NCBI GenBank assembly: GCA_043822305.1
Contig: JBDRBU010000067.1
Span: forward strand, 1 to 38,415
Length of the DNA: 38,415 bases
Direction of reading: 5' to 3'
From: Candidatus Firestoneibacteriota bacterium
GTDB taxonomy: Bacteria; Oederibacteriota; D2-FULL-39-29; JBDRBU01
The notes below the pieces were generated by a model, which saw nothing but the letters and a program-made list of their open reading frames with translations, ran no database searches and had not been told where the DNA came from. The first letter of the stretch is position 1. Every line of letters starts with the position of its first letter. Both the position numbers and the translations under genes were made by a program. This document shows positions 37,109 to 38,415 of the stretch, in pieces.

Positions 37109-38292
37109 AATTATTTAAAGGAATAACAAAAAATGTTTTTGCTTTAAGTATTGTTAGTTTTTTAACAGACTTATCTTCAGAAATGATATATCCTCTTCTT
37201 CCTGTATTTTTAACCTCTAATTTAAAGGCAAGTGTATCATTTTTAGGTTTAATAGAAGGCATAGCGGAATCAACGGCATCTATTTTAAAACTTTTCTCTG
37301 GCTGGCTTTCCGATAAATTAAACAAAAGAAAATCAATAATTGTTTTTGGTTATACCTTATCATCTATTGTCAGACCGTTAATTTCTATAGTAATTGCACC
37401 TTTTCAGGTTTTAATTATAAGATTTTTAGACAGGGTTGGTAAAGGAATTAGAACATCTCCCAGGGATGCTTTAATAGCCGATTCAGTTGAGAAAGAAAAT
37501 TTTGGTAAAGCGTTTGGTTTTCAGCGGGCTTTGGATAATTTAGGTGCAGTATTTGGTCCTTTAGTTGCATTTGTTTTACTTAGTGTGTTTTTCTGTGATT
37601 TAAGAGTAGTTTTTGTTTTTGCAGCGATACCGGCCATAATAACTGTCATTACTTTAATATTTTTTGTCCAAGAGAAGAAAAAAGATCCAAAAGAGAATGT
37701 TCTTCCACCCAGACTTACATTAAAACCATTTAATACTAATTTTAAACTATACCTCTTAATACTTTTTATATTTACTCTGGGTAATTCTTCAGATGCATTT
37801 TTGCTCCTTAGAGCAAAGGAATGTGGAATTTCTATTGTTTTACTTCCAATTTTATGGGCGGTTTTGCATATTGTCAAATCATTAAGTTCCATGCCTGCTG
37901 GAATTTTGTCGGATAAATTAGGAAGAAAACCTTTGATTATAAGTGGTTGGATTATTTACGGGCTGGTTTATCTGGGATTTGCTTTTGTTACTAAATCTTA
38001 CCAAATATGGATTTTATTTGCTATATATGGATTATTTTACGGCTTAACAGAAGGAGTTGAAAAAGCATTAGTTGCAGACTTTGTTTCCTCTGATATTAGA
38101 GCAACTGCATATGGAATATACAATTTTACAATAGGAATCTCAGCCTTACCTTCCAGTTTAATAATGGGCTTGATTTGGCAACACTACGGACCTATTTGTG
38201 CCTTTAGTTTTGGTGCTTCTCTTGCTTTTATATCTTTAATACTTTTCATTTTATTAGTTAAAATTAAAAAAAACACTTGTTGCCTCACATAA
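37105..38292 (+). CDS. MFS transporter
   Basis: About 12 TMs; GWLSDKLNKRK and GILSDKLGRK motif A; DRVGKGIRTSPRDAL. Confidence 0.93.
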   Translation: MKLFKGITKNVFALSIVSFLTDLSSEMIYPLLPVFLTSNLKASVSFLGLIEGIAESTASILKLFSGWLSDKLNKRKSIIVFGYTLSSIVRPLISIVIAPFQVLIIRFLDRVGKGIRTSPRDALIADSVEKENFGKAFGFQRALDNLGAVFGPLVAFVLLSVFFCDLRVVFVFAAIPAIITVITLIFFVQEKKKDPKENVLPPRLTLKPFNTNFKLYLLILFIFTLGNSSDAFLLLRAKECGISIVLLPILWAVLHIVKSLSSMPAGILSDKLGRKPLIISGWIIYGLVYLGFAFVTKSYQIWILFAIYGLFYGLTEGVEKALVADFVSSDIRATAYGIYNFTIGISALPSSLIMGLIWQHYGPICAFSFGASLAFISLILFILLVKIKKNTCCLT

Positions 38293-38415
38293 GAATCGAT
38301 ACGAAATAAGGTATCGTTGCCTCATATAAAATCTATATGAAACTTTTATTGGATTTAATAAAAATAGGTGAAAAAGTGAAACCCCCATCTTTACCACTAA
38401 AACACTATCAAGTTT
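38278..38415. mobile_element. Probable terminus of a TGT-ended DDE element with two subterminal repeats
   Basis: Starts TGTTGCCTCACATAA; imperfect direct repeats at 38279-38307 and 38316-38343; window ends shortly after. Confidence 0.5.

Noticed and set aside
500..37892. Minus-strand ORFs in the six-frame track
   Set aside because: All are short antisense shadows of well-supported + strand genes with no recognisable motifs
38279..38343. CRISPR mini-array (repeats start GTTGC and end GAAAC/T)
   Set aside because: Only two divergent copies, an 8-nt spacer and no cas genes; a transposon end explains it better

Overview
AT-rich bacterial chromosomal segment (standard code 11) with about 32 genes, all on the + strand; no rRNA, tRNA or CRISPR array is supportable. 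Both window ends look like insertion-sequence termini: at left an IS end cuts a type III mod gene where its DPPY motif should be, and at right a TGT-ended element supplies the stop codon of an MFS gene. Contents in order: a type III R-M defence locus with two cargo genes (DUF2130-like, AlbA/Schlafen-HTH) between mod and res; a 5'-truncated DUF4139-like remnant; proS; a tRNA sulfurtransferase-like gene; split coaB/coaC; a sigma54 activator fused in frame to a hydrophobic segment and an FG-GAP-like propeller; corA; a GAF histidine kinase and a receiver protein; GT2, tyrS, GT-C, lytic transglycosylase and mutS; a type II R-M pair; class V aminotransferase and serA; a VWA membrane protein; porCDAB; a ParE/RelE-type TA pair; a membrane protein; an MFS transporter. 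The most striking unexplained structure is a dispersed family of 8 short CTG(T/A)CCC(C/T) elements (7 on +, 1 on -). Several carry what look like the last codons of HUH/Y1 transposases (GRPxKK*, SNVKx*), and four are embedded in housekeeping reading frames (coaC start, mutS start and stop, inside the tRNA thiolase-like gene). GTAG- and CGTC-type REP-like hairpins also occur. Family names come from motif recognition only; no searches were run.
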